64,000 nt of DNA, taken from IMG/VR virus record IMGVR_UViG_3300046542_000248, positions 1-64,000 of that record; one strand, written 5' to 3'. The first letter of the stretch is position 1. Each line of letters begins with the position of its first letter. The position numbers and the translations under genes were made by a program. The notes beneath the pieces are model-generated. The model searched no databases. It saw nothing but the letters and a program-made list of their open reading frames with translations, and was not told the DNA's origin. Positions 1 through 9,618 of this stretch are shown here, one piece after another.

Positions 1-1
1 G

Positions 2-118
2 TCAGTAGTTAGTGCAATTATTTTGATGGCTTCATTGAGCGGACCAATAACAATTCCGGCGATTGAAGCTGAACGGTTGCGTATGCCTACAAATGAATAC
101 GCAAAGGAGATTTCATAA
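2..118 (+). CDS. 3' end of an upstream gene (partial; ...SVVSAIILMASLSGPITIPAIEAERLRMPTNEYAKEIS*)
   Basis: Frame 2 is open from the window start to TAA at 116-118, ending 1 nt before the next ATG; translated by hand. Confidence 0.5.
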   Translation, partial: SVVSAIILMASLSGPITIPAIEAERLRMPTNEYAKEIS

Positions 119-119
119 G

Positions 120-1139
120 ATGGATATAGTATTTCTTTCACCATTAACTGAATCATACGGTATCGAGAATTTCGCTGAAACTACTAGAGAGATTCTCAGA
201 GAAACCGATCTACTATTTAGCATGGTATGTCTTCAGGAGAATTCTGTCGATAATCTATTGCTAACTGAGGCTGTTGAAAGTAACAAGAATTTTCTAGTCA
301 ATGCACTGGAAAAAATGATTGTTGCTATTAAAGCATTAGGACAAAGATTTTCTAATATTGCTACTCGTCTTGTTACAAGTAATAAGGCTTGGATTGCAAA
401 AGCAAAGTCTATGGATATTGCTGCTTCTGTATCTGATAGATTCACTTATGAAATTTTCCCATACTGGAAAGCTGAGGGTAAATTGAGAAATTATCAATTT
501 CCTGAATTTAAAGAAACGCCTGAATTCATTCAGGAACTTTCGAATATGGATGAGTTTAAAATGAAATATTTTAAAGATCTCCATATTACGACAGACGGCA
601 AAACTGAATTCAATCCTAAGGAATTCTTCCAAGGTGGTCACACCAAGATCAAAATGAATAAAGCTATCTTCATGAGTCAAGTTTCTAATATGATTAGTTT
701 CGTAGAGACTTATGATGAATTGGCTAAATCTATTAATGTCCGTAATAATAAAATTATGGAATTCATAAAATCAATTATCAATAAAATTCGTTCTGGTTCC
801 CTAAGAGAAAGTAATGAAATACTTACTACTATCAATACTCTTTTGGAACAAGGTGATGCACCATCTACAACGAATAATATTGATGATAAGCCTACTGATC
901 CTAATAAGCCTGATGGTCGTGAAGAAGGTAAAGATTCTAATAAAGCAGGTAAGGATGTTATTAAAGCAAGAGAAGCTTATAACAAACTTATCTACTCTAT
1001 TAACTCCGCTAGAATGGGAGTTGCTGAATCTTGCTACAATGCATATGCTAATGCAATTCATCAGGCTATCAATAATAAGCCTCAGACTGAGCCTGCTAAA
1101 CAAGCTCAACCACAGCCTACTAATAAACCAACTAAATAA
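120..1139 (+). CDS. Putative internal head (virion) protein
   Basis: AAGGAG SD before ATG at 120; repeated L-x-E|S/A motifs (LTE|SY, LTE|AV, LRE|SN) resembling head-protease processing sites; low-complexity P/Q/K C-terminus. Confidence 0.55.
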   Translation: MDIVFLSPLTESYGIENFAETTREILRETDLLFSMVCLQENSVDNLLLTEAVESNKNFLVNALEKMIVAIKALGQRFSNIATRLVTSNKAWIAKAKSMDIAASVSDRFTYEIFPYWKAEGKLRNYQFPEFKETPEFIQELSNMDEFKMKYFKDLHITTDGKTEFNPKEFFQGGHTKIKMNKAIFMSQVSNMISFVETYDELAKSINVRNNKIMEFIKSIINKIRSGSLRESNEILTTINTLLEQGDAPSTTNNIDDKPTDPNKPDGREEGKDSNKAGKDVIKAREAYNKLIYSINSARMGVAESCYNAYANAIHQAINNKPQTEPAKQAQPQPTNKPTK

Positions 1140-1146
1140 TTCAGCG

Positions 1147-1175
1147 ATCCTAGCGGGAAATACTCCTGCTAGGAT
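1147..1175 (+). terminator. Intrinsic terminator hairpin
   Basis: ATCCTAGC...GCTAGGAT stem directly after the stop, followed by T-rich sequence. Confidence 0.7.
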
Positions 1176-1196
1176 TTCTACTTACTTTTATCTGCA

Positions 1197-1210
1197 AATT
1201 ATATATTATT
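1197..1210 (+). promoter_or_regulatory. Putative phage early promoter (AAWTATATATTATT)
   Basis: AATTATATATTATT; the motif recurs about 9 times at operon starts. Confidence 0.7.
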
Positions 1211-1254
1211 ATACTGAAGAAAGAATATAGAATATACTATGGGAGGAATTGAAC

Positions 1255-1812
1255 ATGAAAGATTTATCTGAAAAGATTCATCAAGTTGTAGCCAATCATT
1301 TTACGGCTTTTGAAGTGATCATTGACCCTGATCACGAGAACGATGTTATGTATAAACTAAAGCTTGATAAGCGAATGAACGTAACGGGGATTGCGATATT
1401 TCCTAAAATTATTGCAAATGTAATTAAGGAAAACTTCACAATCTTCGAACGAATACTCTACGGCAAAAAGATTCAAGATGCCGCTGTACTGGTATTATCT
1501 TCTACTATTTCTAATCTTACAAAATCCAGAGATTGTCTTGAATCGCTGGCAAATCATATCAGAACTGATATTCAAACTGAACTAGAGTACGAGCAATTGA
1601 AACCTCAGCTTGAAGCAACGCTTGCAAAACTTTCTAACTTGGTAATTCCCTATCAGGATAGAAATAAATATCTGATTCAACCTAACATTACAGTTAACTT
1701 AGAATCTAAGCTCCCTGTTATCTTTTCTAACATTGAGCTTAACAGCTTCATGAATGTAATTGGGTATAGACCAGAGAAAAATAGTAGAGGGAAGGTGTTA
1801 CCTTGGCAGTAG
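1255..1812 (+). CDS. Hypothetical protein upstream of RNAP beta' subunit
   Basis: GGAGG SD 8 nt before ATG 1255; stop overlaps the start of the next gene. Confidence 0.75.
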   Translation: MKDLSEKIHQVVANHFTAFEVIIDPDHENDVMYKLKLDKRMNVTGIAIFPKIIANVIKENFTIFERILYGKKIQDAAVLVLSSTISNLTKSRDCLESLANHIRTDIQTELEYEQLKPQLEATLAKLSNLVIPYQDRNKYLIQPNITVNLESKLPVIFSNIELNSFMNVIGYRPEKNSRGKVLPWQ

Positions 1813-3320
1813 CAACACTTGAAAAGATGTCGAACGGTGATGTCATTGACTTAGGAGATGTTAAGCAATTTAAACTTCCTAAGGTAGAAAGACATTTTGA
1901 AAAGTATGGAAAAGCTGTTACATCTGAACGGCTATTGAAACTTAATTTAGATGAAGAAGCCAAGCGGCGTATCAGGGATGAGAAAGATTTTCTCATCACT
2001 AATGCAGTTGCGGTTGAAAAGAACGGAACTAAAACCATGGACGGTATATTCTCTCCTAAGTTCGGTCATACACAATTCGATGATCAGCTTGGGACTAAAG
2101 ACATGTATCGCTGCCGTTGTGGTAATTTAGCAGGTGCAATTTACTTAGGAGAACTATGCCCTAAGTGTGATACTGATGTAGCATTTATTGATGCGGATCT
2201 ATCCGTTATGGGTTGGATTCCATTGAAAGAATATGCGATCATCAATGCAGGTATGTTTATCCATCTTCAAGATTTCATTGGTAAGACAGAAATTAGAAAC
2301 ATCCTGAAAGTGGATGTCTCTAAAATGGATTCCAATGGTAATTTGAAATATGAAAGAACAGCAAAATCTCCATACGCACATATTGGTATGTCAGAATTTA
2401 GAGAGAAGTTTGATGAGATTATCGACTTCTATCTTAAGCGATTCCCTAAGAAACGGGAATTGTACGATTTAATTCAGGAGTTTAAAGATTGTGTATTTAC
2501 ATCTCACATTCCTGTATACAGCTCAATCCTTCGTCCTCGTATTGAAGCTAATGAGAAGATTCGTTCATTCAAAGCGAATACTTATTACGATACGATCATG
2601 AAGCAATATGAATTAATCATGCTTGATGTAGGTAATATCTTAACAATCCTACCAGCTCTATTCGAGATTCAATATGAATACATGGAACTATATGAGTTCA
2701 TCGTTGAATCTTATACTGGTAAAGAAGGTTTATTCAGATCACAATTTGGTGGGATTCGAATCGACTATGGTGCACGGTCAGTTATCATCAATGGTAAAGA
2801 TCTTAAACCAGATGAAGTTGATATCCCTTATGTATCTGCAATTACCTTCCTTGAACTTGAAATCTTGTACTTATTACGGAAGCTTGATGACATTACCGAG
2901 AATGAAGCTTATATGATTCTCAATAAAGCAATGAGAGAATTTAATCCTAAGATTCATGCTCTATGTCAGAATATCATTAGTAAAAGTAAGACTCCGATGA
3001 ACGTATTGGTTAATAGACCACCATCCCTATCGGATAGATCATTCCGACTTCTGCGAGTTCGTAAGGTTAAGAATAACATCGACGATCTTACACTTAGCAT
3101 TAGCCCAAGTCTTTTGGATGGATTTGCAGGAGATTACGATGGTGACTCCTTGGCTTATATTCCACTCAAAGATTGGAGACTTATCAAGACATTCGAGCTT
3201 ACACTCGGACCAAGATACAACTATATCTCTAGAACCAATGGTAAGTACAGCGGACGTATGGCGTTCATTAAAGACTATGCTATCGTATTGTCTGAACTCT
3301 ATTCGCTTAGTGCTGCCTAG
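1803..3320 (+). CDS. rpoC: Phage multisubunit RNA polymerase beta' N-terminal subunit, probably non-virion (nvRNAP)
   Basis: DGIFSPKFG, Zn ribbon CRCG...CPKC, RIDYGARSVI, VLVNRPPSL and catalytic FAGDYDGD (NADFDGD equivalent); ends shortly after the catalytic loop, as in split jumbo-phage beta'. Confidence 0.9.
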   Translation: MAVATLEKMSNGDVIDLGDVKQFKLPKVERHFEKYGKAVTSERLLKLNLDEEAKRRIRDEKDFLITNAVAVEKNGTKTMDGIFSPKFGHTQFDDQLGTKDMYRCRCGNLAGAIYLGELCPKCDTDVAFIDADLSVMGWIPLKEYAIINAGMFIHLQDFIGKTEIRNILKVDVSKMDSNGNLKYERTAKSPYAHIGMSEFREKFDEIIDFYLKRFPKKRELYDLIQEFKDCVFTSHIPVYSSILRPRIEANEKIRSFKANTYYDTIMKQYELIMLDVGNILTILPALFEIQYEYMELYEFIVESYTGKEGLFRSQFGGIRIDYGARSVIINGKDLKPDEVDIPYVSAITFLELEILYLLRKLDDITENEAYMILNKAMREFNPKIHALCQNIISKSKTPMNVLVNRPPSLSDRSFRLLRVRKVKNNIDDLTLSISPSLLDGFAGDYDGDSLAYIPLKDWRLIKTFELTLGPRYNYISRTNGKYSGRMAFIKDYAIVLSELYSLSAA

Positions 3321-3331
3321 AGTAAAGATTG

Positions 3332-3356
3332 GAAGAGGGGTTAATTTCCCTCTTTC
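3332..3356 (+). terminator. Intrinsic terminator
   Basis: GAAGAGGG...CCCTCTTTC hairpin followed by a T-run. Confidence 0.65.
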
Positions 3357-3393
3357 AGTTTTATTTTTATTATGAAAATAGGAGGATTTAAAA

Positions 3394-3789
3394 ATGAAAG
3401 AACAAAAAGCTAAAGTAAGATGGTCAAAAGTATCAACTCAACCTCATGAAGTAACTGGTAAATATTATGCTTCTGAGGCTGATGGTACTTTGTATGAATC
3501 GGATAATGGTTATGAGTGGACTAAGATCAATACAGACCCACAAGCAACTATAACAACTGTTAGTTTGCAAATTACTAATATTGATGGTGAAGTGATTAAA
3601 GAAAAAATCCTTGAACTTACTGAGGGATCTACTCTTATTGCTAAAATTCCTTCAATTTATAGTACGCAAAATGTCGAAGAGATTTTTGATGCGTTAGCAT
3701 CAATTGGAGATTCTAAAGCAATAGCTATTCCTGATGATATTGAGCTGCAAATAATAACTATTAAAAACTCGAACTATAATAGGAGCTAA
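3394..3789 (+). CDS. Hypothetical protein
   Basis: AGGAGG SD, 131 aa ORF. Confidence 0.75.
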   Translation: MKEQKAKVRWSKVSTQPHEVTGKYYASEADGTLYESDNGYEWTKINTDPQATITTVSLQITNIDGEVIKEKILELTEGSTLIAKIPSIYSTQNVEEIFDALASIGDSKAIAIPDDIELQIITIKNSNYNRS

Positions 3790-3792
3790 TAC

Positions 3793-4221
3793 ATGACAAA
3801 ACCTTTAGGCTTTACAACTTTTAAACCATTCATGGTGAAGTACAGTATCAATCAAATCGAATTCAAAGAATTGGTGGATAAGTATTTTAAAGAATACATT
3901 AAAATTGAGCTTGAAACTGAAGTTACTGTCATTCCTAATCCTAATACTAAATCTACAGATAAATATATTGGGCAATTGGTATTTGTTGATATCGAAAATA
4001 TTCCTGATCAAAGCTATCATTCATTATTGGCACATGGTATTAATGATGAAACTGAACCGTCCCGCAATTTTGACATAATGATGGATATATTATTTGCTCA
4101 ACCTGAATGGTATGTAATTGATAAATCATCAGACGAGGGTGAATGGCATATGTTTATTCACTGCATGTTCGGAGATTACATAACGTTCAAAGGACCAACT
4201 GCTGAGCGTGAATCACTATAA
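3793..4221 (+). CDS. Hypothetical protein
   Basis: AGGAG SD, 142 aa ORF in tandem with the previous gene. Confidence 0.75.
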   Translation: MTKPLGFTTFKPFMVKYSINQIEFKELVDKYFKEYIKIELETEVTVIPNPNTKSTDKYIGQLVFVDIENIPDQSYHSLLAHGINDETEPSRNFDIMMDILFAQPEWYVIDKSSDEGEWHMFIHCMFGDYITFKGPTAERESL

Positions 4222-4249
4222 TTAGTTATTAACTTTATTAAAACACAGT

Positions 4250-4275
4250 ATGGATGGGGTTAAAACCTCATCCAT
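4250..4275 (+). terminator. Intrinsic terminator
   Basis: ATGGATGGGG...CCTCATCCAT stem plus T-run. Confidence 0.65.
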
Positions 4276-4317
4276 TATTTTTTAGTTAAAACTACATACT
4301 GTGGAGGAATAATAACT

Positions 4318-4773
4318 ATGACACAAACCGAAAGAGCTTTTAAACCAGGCATTTATACACACTTTAAAGAAGGTACTAAGTATCTTGCTTATGAATCTAC
4401 TACCGATGAAGAAACAAAACTTCCTCGTATTAGTTATCATTCACTTGAAAATCTTGATGAAAAATGGAACCGTAAACAAGAAGTATTTATGGCTCTTGCT
4501 GATCAGGATGAAACAAATAAAACTGGTCAAGAGTTTAAGTTTGAATTCCTGACTAATGAACATTGTCTGTATGACAGAACTATTGATCCGTCAACGTATA
4601 ACGTATTAGTAGGTTTACGTATGATAGATTTGGTTAAAATTGTATCGGTTGAAGGTACTTTTGCTGGACGGGTGCAAGCAATTAGTGTTGCAGGCGTGAT
4701 TATAGTTACTTTGGATAAAAATAAAATAACTATTTCATGGAACGATGTAAAGCGATTATATAAAATCTATTAA
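4318..4773 (+). CDS. DUF1653-like domain protein
   Basis: N-terminal PGIYTHFKEGTKY...EET...SYHSL...WNRKQEVF matches the DUF1653 pattern (G-Y-H-F-K-G...ET...VY...W-R...F). Confidence 0.65.
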   Translation: MTQTERAFKPGIYTHFKEGTKYLAYESTTDEETKLPRISYHSLENLDEKWNRKQEVFMALADQDETNKTGQEFKFEFLTNEHCLYDRTIDPSTYNVLVGLRMIDLVKIVSVEGTFAGRVQAISVAGVIIVTLDKNKITISWNDVKRLYKIY

Positions 4774-4783
4774 GAGGTGTCTA

Positions 4784-5122
4784 ATGGCAATTGATATTCA
4801 GTATACTTCTCTTGAAGCATCTAAATATGATGTAATCATAAAATTTCTAGAAGGTAAGAAATTTGTATGGGCATTTAAATCAATGTCTGTATGGATTGCA
4901 ATATACCCTATCATTATCAATGGTAAGGATACCTTTCTGATTCGATGCTCTAACAGTGATCAACTTGAAATTGCTGATTCGTTTAGAATAGTCAATACTA
5001 TTATTAAACGGGAAACATATCAAGCACAATGGTTGGACGATGGTGAGATTCTTAAAGTGCAAGAATTCTTAAAAGATACTGATAAAATTGATATGACTGA
5101 GGTGCTATTATGCGAAACGTAG
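4784..5122 (+). CDS. Hypothetical protein
   Basis: GAGGTG SD, 112 aa. Confidence 0.7.
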   Translation: MAIDIQYTSLEASKYDVIIKFLEGKKFVWAFKSMSVWIAIYPIIINGKDTFLIRCSNSDQLEIADSFRIVNTIIKRETYQAQWLDDGEILKVQEFLKDTDKIDMTEVLLCET

Positions 5123-5430
5123 AACGAATGCTTAATCATAAGAAACGTCGTATTCGCGATAAGTACTATAAGAAATATCGAAGAGAGTATTATTCAGATT
5201 TATACACTCTGAATAATACTTCTAGTATAGGTAGCGTTCTTTTAGATGCTACTGCCACAAGATTAGTAGAAGATGTTGATGCTGATATACATATGGATTT
5301 ATTAAAACTCGGTGTTCCGAATAAGAATCAACGTAGTTACAATCCCGAAGCTCTTAAACCTATGGTGATAGATAGTGGATTTCCATTGAAATCATTAGCT
5401 CGAAAGATTATTTCTTGGGTGAAACCATGA
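5110..5430 (+). CDS. Hypothetical basic protein
   Basis: GAGGTG SD, overlapping start; K/R-rich N-terminus. Confidence 0.65.
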   Translation: MRNVERMLNHKKRRIRDKYYKKYRREYYSDLYTLNNTSSIGSVLLDATATRLVEDVDADIHMDLLKLGVPNKNQRSYNPEALKPMVIDSGFPLKSLARKIISWVKP

Positions 5431-5684
5431 CAGATCTTATCTATGCTACAATTCCAGCTCATCGTATGCATCATAAGAATAACAGGATTGGAAAGAAATG
5501 GCGTAAGAAATACATGAAAGTTCAAGCTATTTATACAAACGTTATGCCAATAAATGCACCTACTAATTGCGATGAATGTAACAGTCATGAAATCACCTTT
5601 AAAGGTTCACTTAGCAAAACTCCTGAACTGGAGAAAATGGCTGAGAAAATTGGATTTAGATTTAAGTTACCTAGATTCATGTAA
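5427..5684 (+). CDS. Hypothetical protein
   Basis: ATGA start/stop overlap at 5427-5430. Confidence 0.6.
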   Translation: MTDLIYATIPAHRMHHKNNRIGKKWRKKYMKVQAIYTNVMPINAPTNCDECNSHEITFKGSLSKTPELEKMAEKIGFRFKLPRFM

Positions 5685-5763
5685 AAGCCTCTGAAGTCGT
5701 GTTTTAAATAATTATATGTAGACCATGATATTAGAAGTATATTCCGAAGGGAGTTCTAATATC

Positions 5764-6288
5764 ATGGCTAAATCTACATTAGTTATTTCCGCTTTCCCAG
5801 GTGCTGGTAAGACTACATTGTATAATGCAATGGAAGAATTGAAAAAAGTTAATACTGTATTTGAGGGGCAGCTTGATATCCTAGATTCGGACTCGTCCCA
5901 ATTTTCCTGGATCGAACCAGGTGTAAGACACCCAGATTTCCCTAATAACTACATTGCTCATATTAAAGAGAATATCGGCAAAGTAGATGTTATCATGACT
6001 TCGACTCACAAAGTTGTGCGTGATGCTCTTAAAGAAGCTGGTATTAACTTTGTTATCGTATTCCCTCTTAGAAATTTGAAAGAGGAATATATTGAACGCT
6101 ATCTGTTACGTGGTAGCCCAGATGGGTTTATCAAGTTAATGAATGAGAAATGGGATGACTTCATCACAGAACTCAAAGAAGAAGAGTATGTGAACAAAAT
6201 CAATTTGATGCCGGGTCAATTCTTGGGAAGTATCTTAAATGATTCTAACTCAATGACTCAGCAGTTCTTAGCTCAATGCTCTAATTAA
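5764..6288 (+). CDS. P-loop NTPase / nucleotide kinase-like protein
   Basis: Walker A-like VISAFPGAGKTT, then LDSDSS...PNNY..HIKEN, a pattern common in Bacillota phages; GAAGGGAG SD. Confidence 0.75.
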   Translation: MAKSTLVISAFPGAGKTTLYNAMEELKKVNTVFEGQLDILDSDSSQFSWIEPGVRHPDFPNNYIAHIKENIGKVDVIMTSTHKVVRDALKEAGINFVIVFPLRNLKEEYIERYLLRGSPDGFIKLMNEKWDDFITELKEEEYVNKINLMPGQFLGSILNDSNSMTQQFLAQCSN

Positions 6289-6317
6289 TATTCTTACATT
6301 ATAAGGGGCTGTACAAA

Positions 6318-6551
6318 ATGCAAAAAAATAATACTATTATGATCGACGGGCAACCAGTTGAGATGAACGATCCTGGATTCCAACAAAGGTTAGTGCAAGC
6401 AAAACTTGATGCTGAAAGCGGTACGTCCAATGGATCTGCATCAAGTCCTCACATAAACAGGAAACTTCGTCGAGAGATCGACAGAATCACTAAAGCTGGT
6501 CCAGCAAAAACTACAAGCAACAAAACTAAATCTAAAAGACGCAAAAAATAA
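6318..6551 (+). CDS. Small hypothetical protein with basic C-terminal tail
   Basis: 77 aa ORF with AAGGGG SD, followed by a terminator. Confidence 0.65.
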   Translation: MQKNNTIMIDGQPVEMNDPGFQQRLVQAKLDAESGTSNGSASSPHINRKLRREIDRITKAGPAKTTSNKTKSKRRKK

Positions 6552-6574
6552 GAAGAGGAGAAATTCCTCTTCTT
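6550..6574 (+). terminator. Intrinsic terminator
   Basis: AAGAAGAGGA-gaaat-TCCTCTTCTT perfect 10-bp stem. Confidence 0.75.
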
Positions 6575-6599
6575 GCTTTATTTTTGAAAACTAAAGGAG

Positions 6600-7136
6600 A
6601 TGATTAGTATGTCAACGGAAAGTAAATGTAATAATAAGTATAGTATTCATAATGAGAGTATTACAGATATGAAATTGCAATGGGTAACTGCACTAATGGA
6701 TTATATTCGTAATACATCAGTACCGTTATTTGATCATCCTGCGAATAATGATCTTCAAAAAATTGTTGGATATGTGTTATTGTATACTGGTACTTTTGGT
6801 GTGGTGATATATTGTGACACAACAAGAACGCATCAGGTTATATTTGCACATCATTATCTGGGTCAAGGTGCTTTTAACTTATTCATTTCATATAAAAATG
6901 AAGAAAGACATATTAAAAGTATGACTATACCAACAGGATCTGGTGATATACCTGATTTATATGCGTTAAATAATGAGCTTAAGAATCTCAAATTATCTTC
7001 AGTATATAAAGCTTATATAAATTCTGAAATTTGTAATGTGGCAGCTATACCTCCATCCAGCTTTGCCGGTTCTATAGATGAATGGGCTAGTAAAAATGGA
7101 TTTATTCGTCGTATACATATCAAATTGGAGGTGTAG
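6600..7136 (+). CDS. Hypothetical protein
   Basis: AAAGGAG SD (true start may be 6609), 178 aa. Confidence 0.7.
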   Translation: MISMSTESKCNNKYSIHNESITDMKLQWVTALMDYIRNTSVPLFDHPANNDLQKIVGYVLLYTGTFGVVIYCDTTRTHQVIFAHHYLGQGAFNLFISYKNEERHIKSMTIPTGSGDIPDLYALNNELKNLKLSSVYKAYINSEICNVAAIPPSSFAGSIDEWASKNGFIRRIHIKLEV

Positions 7137-7138
7137 AT

Positions 7139-7519
7139 ATGAGCGTGTTTGATAAGATTGCCAAGTTTATCCGTTCAATAGCTTACAGAACGCCAACTCC
7201 GCAAGAAATTATTAAACAAGAACCTCCAAAACCAGTCATTAAAGATCCTTGTCCTATATGCGGTCAGCAAATGACTATTCTTGAGAATAGATTATTCTAC
7301 TCTTTAAAATGTCATACTGGCTGTAGAGCATTCTATTATAGATGTGATAGTGGTGGAACTATTTTAGCTTCCACAATTATATCTATTGCACCAGCTCGTT
7401 ATGTAGAATTTCAAGTTGTAAGATGGGGTAGAAAATATACACAAGAAGAATATGACGGAACTCTTAAAATTGCTCGTGACAATTGGATTGCATCTCAATC
7501 AAATACGGAGGTTATATAA
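7139..7519 (+). CDS. Hypothetical protein with CxxC/CxxxC putative Zn site
   Basis: CPICG...CHTGC; GGAGGTG SD. Confidence 0.65.
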   Translation: MSVFDKIAKFIRSIAYRTPTPQEIIKQEPPKPVIKDPCPICGQQMTILENRLFYSLKCHTGCRAFYYRCDSGGTILASTIISIAPARYVEFQVVRWGRKYTQEEYDGTLKIARDNWIASQSNTEVI

Positions 7520-7521
7520 AT

Positions 7522-8214
7522 ATGTCAACTATTAAAATCCATGGTGTTGAATGTGCAAACCCTAATGGCATTGATATGATCGGTCAGAATATGTGGTTTA
7601 AAACTAAATGTGGTCAAATACATCAAGTATCTTATATTGATGTACAGCATCCGAAGAGTGCTGATGTAAAATTCGCAATAGTATATTCTACCGATAGAAA
7701 AACTTGTTGGGGCTTAGATAAGATTGTTAAAACAGCTTTGACTTCTGGAGGGCTGGATGATCCAAATACCAATATCGAATTAATTAGAAAAGCATTTAAG
7801 TTTTGGACTGAGATTGTGGATGAGGAGATTACTACACTATTCTCGATACAAGATTGTAAGTATATCTTCTTATCAGAACAGATTTTAGGATTTGATACGT
7901 ACAGCAGAGATTTGGATCTTCAGTTTGGTCGAATGTTTCTTGAGGTGATGGTTGTTATTGAAACTAGAACTAATCATCAATACATTAAATCGGCTGTGGC
8001 TCATCATAAGAATTATGTTATGGCGTGTCATTTCCTCAAAAACTGTATCGAGTATGGTACAAGTCTTCGTGGTGCTTGGTTTGATTATAATGATGGTAAA
8101 ATCTATCCTGACTTCTGCTTATCTAATATTAGTGGACATACAGAAGACTTTATTAAAATTGACGAACCATTCATGAAGTGGTTTATTAATTTCATCCAAG
8201 GAAAAGAAGAATAA
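7522..8214 (+). CDS. Hypothetical protein
   Basis: GGAGG SD before ATG 7522. Confidence 0.7.
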   Translation: MSTIKIHGVECANPNGIDMIGQNMWFKTKCGQIHQVSYIDVQHPKSADVKFAIVYSTDRKTCWGLDKIVKTALTSGGLDDPNTNIELIRKAFKFWTEIVDEEITTLFSIQDCKYIFLSEQILGFDTYSRDLDLQFGRMFLEVMVVIETRTNHQYIKSAVAHHKNYVMACHFLKNCIEYGTSLRGAWFDYNDGKIYPDFCLSNISGHTEDFIKIDEPFMKWFINFIQGKEE

Positions 8215-8220
8215 TAAGAG

Positions 8221-8247
8221 GAGTATGAGAAGAAATTCTCATACTTC
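8221..8247 (+). terminator. Intrinsic terminator
   Basis: GAGTATGAGA...TCTCATACT stem plus long T-run. Confidence 0.75.
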
Positions 8248-8264
8248 TTTTTTTTTCGTTCGAA

Positions 8265-8276
8265 GACATCTAATTA
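8265..8276 (+). promoter_or_regulatory. Putative late promoter (RACA-N6-TA)
   Basis: GACAtctaatTA about 27 nt upstream of a virion-type gene; one mismatch to AACA-N6-TA. Confidence 0.5.
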
Positions 8277-8302
8277 ATAAGACTATTGTAGGAGGTTTAT
8301 AA

Positions 8303-9574
8303 ATGCATATAGAATCTAAACTTAAGTTAATTATGGAAGGTCACTATGAAGAACTTGGACCTATTCTGAATGAAGCATATTATGGTGGGAATCCACAACT
8401 TGTAAAATGTGAAGAACTCTTTGCTAAAGCATTAGAGTCTAAAAGTGGCAGGCATGAAATAAAAGAAATTCAAAATATTCTTCAAAAGTTATTTAATTTC
8501 AAGAAACTTGTAATCTCGACTATCCCACTTAGTTTAGGTGCTACAATTCCAATTACAGTTTATAAATTTAAATTCATTAAAGAAGGTATTAAACTGGAAC
8601 GTACTAAAACTGGTGTTGCATTTAAAACTGAGGATGAAGTTGAGGCTGCAATGTTCTTGGATTTAAACATGATCAAACTGTTTAACATTACTCCAAGAGA
8701 AGCAATAGCAATTATACTTCATGAAATTGGACATTCGATGCAAATGATTCTTCCATCAGAGCAACTTGGAAATGCAATCGGTGCAATGAATTTTGTAACA
8801 AAAATATTCCCAATGCTTTTATTAAACATGTCAAAGACTAAAGATGGTAAAACTTATGCCGATGCATATGAGGATATGGATACGTTATATAATGATTTGA
8901 AAGATAGATTTGTTAAATATGAAAGAGATGTTCAGATCCAAGTTAAGAAATCAATATTCGTTGTACTTTCATTGGGTAATACTGCAATGGCATTAAAAAG
9001 ACTATGGGATGCATTTAAGGGAGATGTTGTAAAAAATATCGTTAAATCTGTTTTTAGTGGTATTGATACTAAAATTAAAATGGGTCTAGGTGTATTACGA
9101 TTACCTGCGTCATATAAAGCAGAACTCTTTGCTGATCATTTTGCAACTATATATGGTTATGGTCAAGATTTAACATCTGGCTTGGGTAAAGTTGTTAATA
9201 CAGTTAATGGAAGTATATTAAACAACGTATTATTTCGTTTAGCTAAATTACCATATAATATCATTGGTAGAGTATTAGATCCACATCCAAATGATTTAAC
9301 ACGTTTTAAAAGCATTATTACAACCCTTGAAACTGAATTGCAGAAAGATATAAACGAAGATATGTATGAGATCATCAAGAAAGATATTGATGCAGCAAAA
9401 CAAAACTTAGATGATTTCATAACTGAGATGAATAAACATAAGTTTAGAAATGCTGATATCATTGTCTTTAAGAAGATTATGGGATTACTTATGGATGGTA
9501 ATGATGATGTAAAGCATTTATTCTTTAATCTTAAACCAGAAGAAATTGAATACTTGGATACCTTGGAAAAATAA
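8303..9574 (+). CDS. Putative virion-associated zinc metallopeptidase (HExxH, M48/gluzincin-like)
   Basis: ILHEIGH, downstream ELFADHFATIYGYG (third-ligand E..AD motif), DPHP...R; N-terminal LNE|AYY processing-like site. Confidence 0.7.
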   Translation: MHIESKLKLIMEGHYEELGPILNEAYYGGNPQLVKCEELFAKALESKSGRHEIKEIQNILQKLFNFKKLVISTIPLSLGATIPITVYKFKFIKEGIKLERTKTGVAFKTEDEVEAAMFLDLNMIKLFNITPREAIAIILHEIGHSMQMILPSEQLGNAIGAMNFVTKIFPMLLLNMSKTKDGKTYADAYEDMDTLYNDLKDRFVKYERDVQIQVKKSIFVVLSLGNTAMALKRLWDAFKGDVVKNIVKSVFSGIDTKIKMGLGVLRLPASYKAELFADHFATIYGYGQDLTSGLGKVVNTVNGSILNNVLFRLAKLPYNIIGRVLDPHPNDLTRFKSIITTLETELQKDINEDMYEIIKKDIDAAKQNLDDFITEMNKHKFRNADIIVFKKIMGLLMDGNDDVKHLFFNLKPEEIEYLDTLEK

Positions 9575-9577
9575 TAA

Positions 9578-9610
9578 GAAGACATGAGGGATTTTCTCCT
9601 CATGTCTCTT
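9578..9610. terminator. Bidirectional terminator between convergent genes
   Basis: AGACATGAGG...CCTCATGTCT stem, T-run on + and A-rich flank. Confidence 0.7.
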
Positions 9611-9618
9611 TTTTTTTG

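Noticed and set aside
1255-1812. Chimallin (nuclear shell) gene, given its position upstream of the nvRNAP beta' subunit
   Set aside because: Only 185 aa, against roughly 600 aa for chimallin, with no recognisable similarity.
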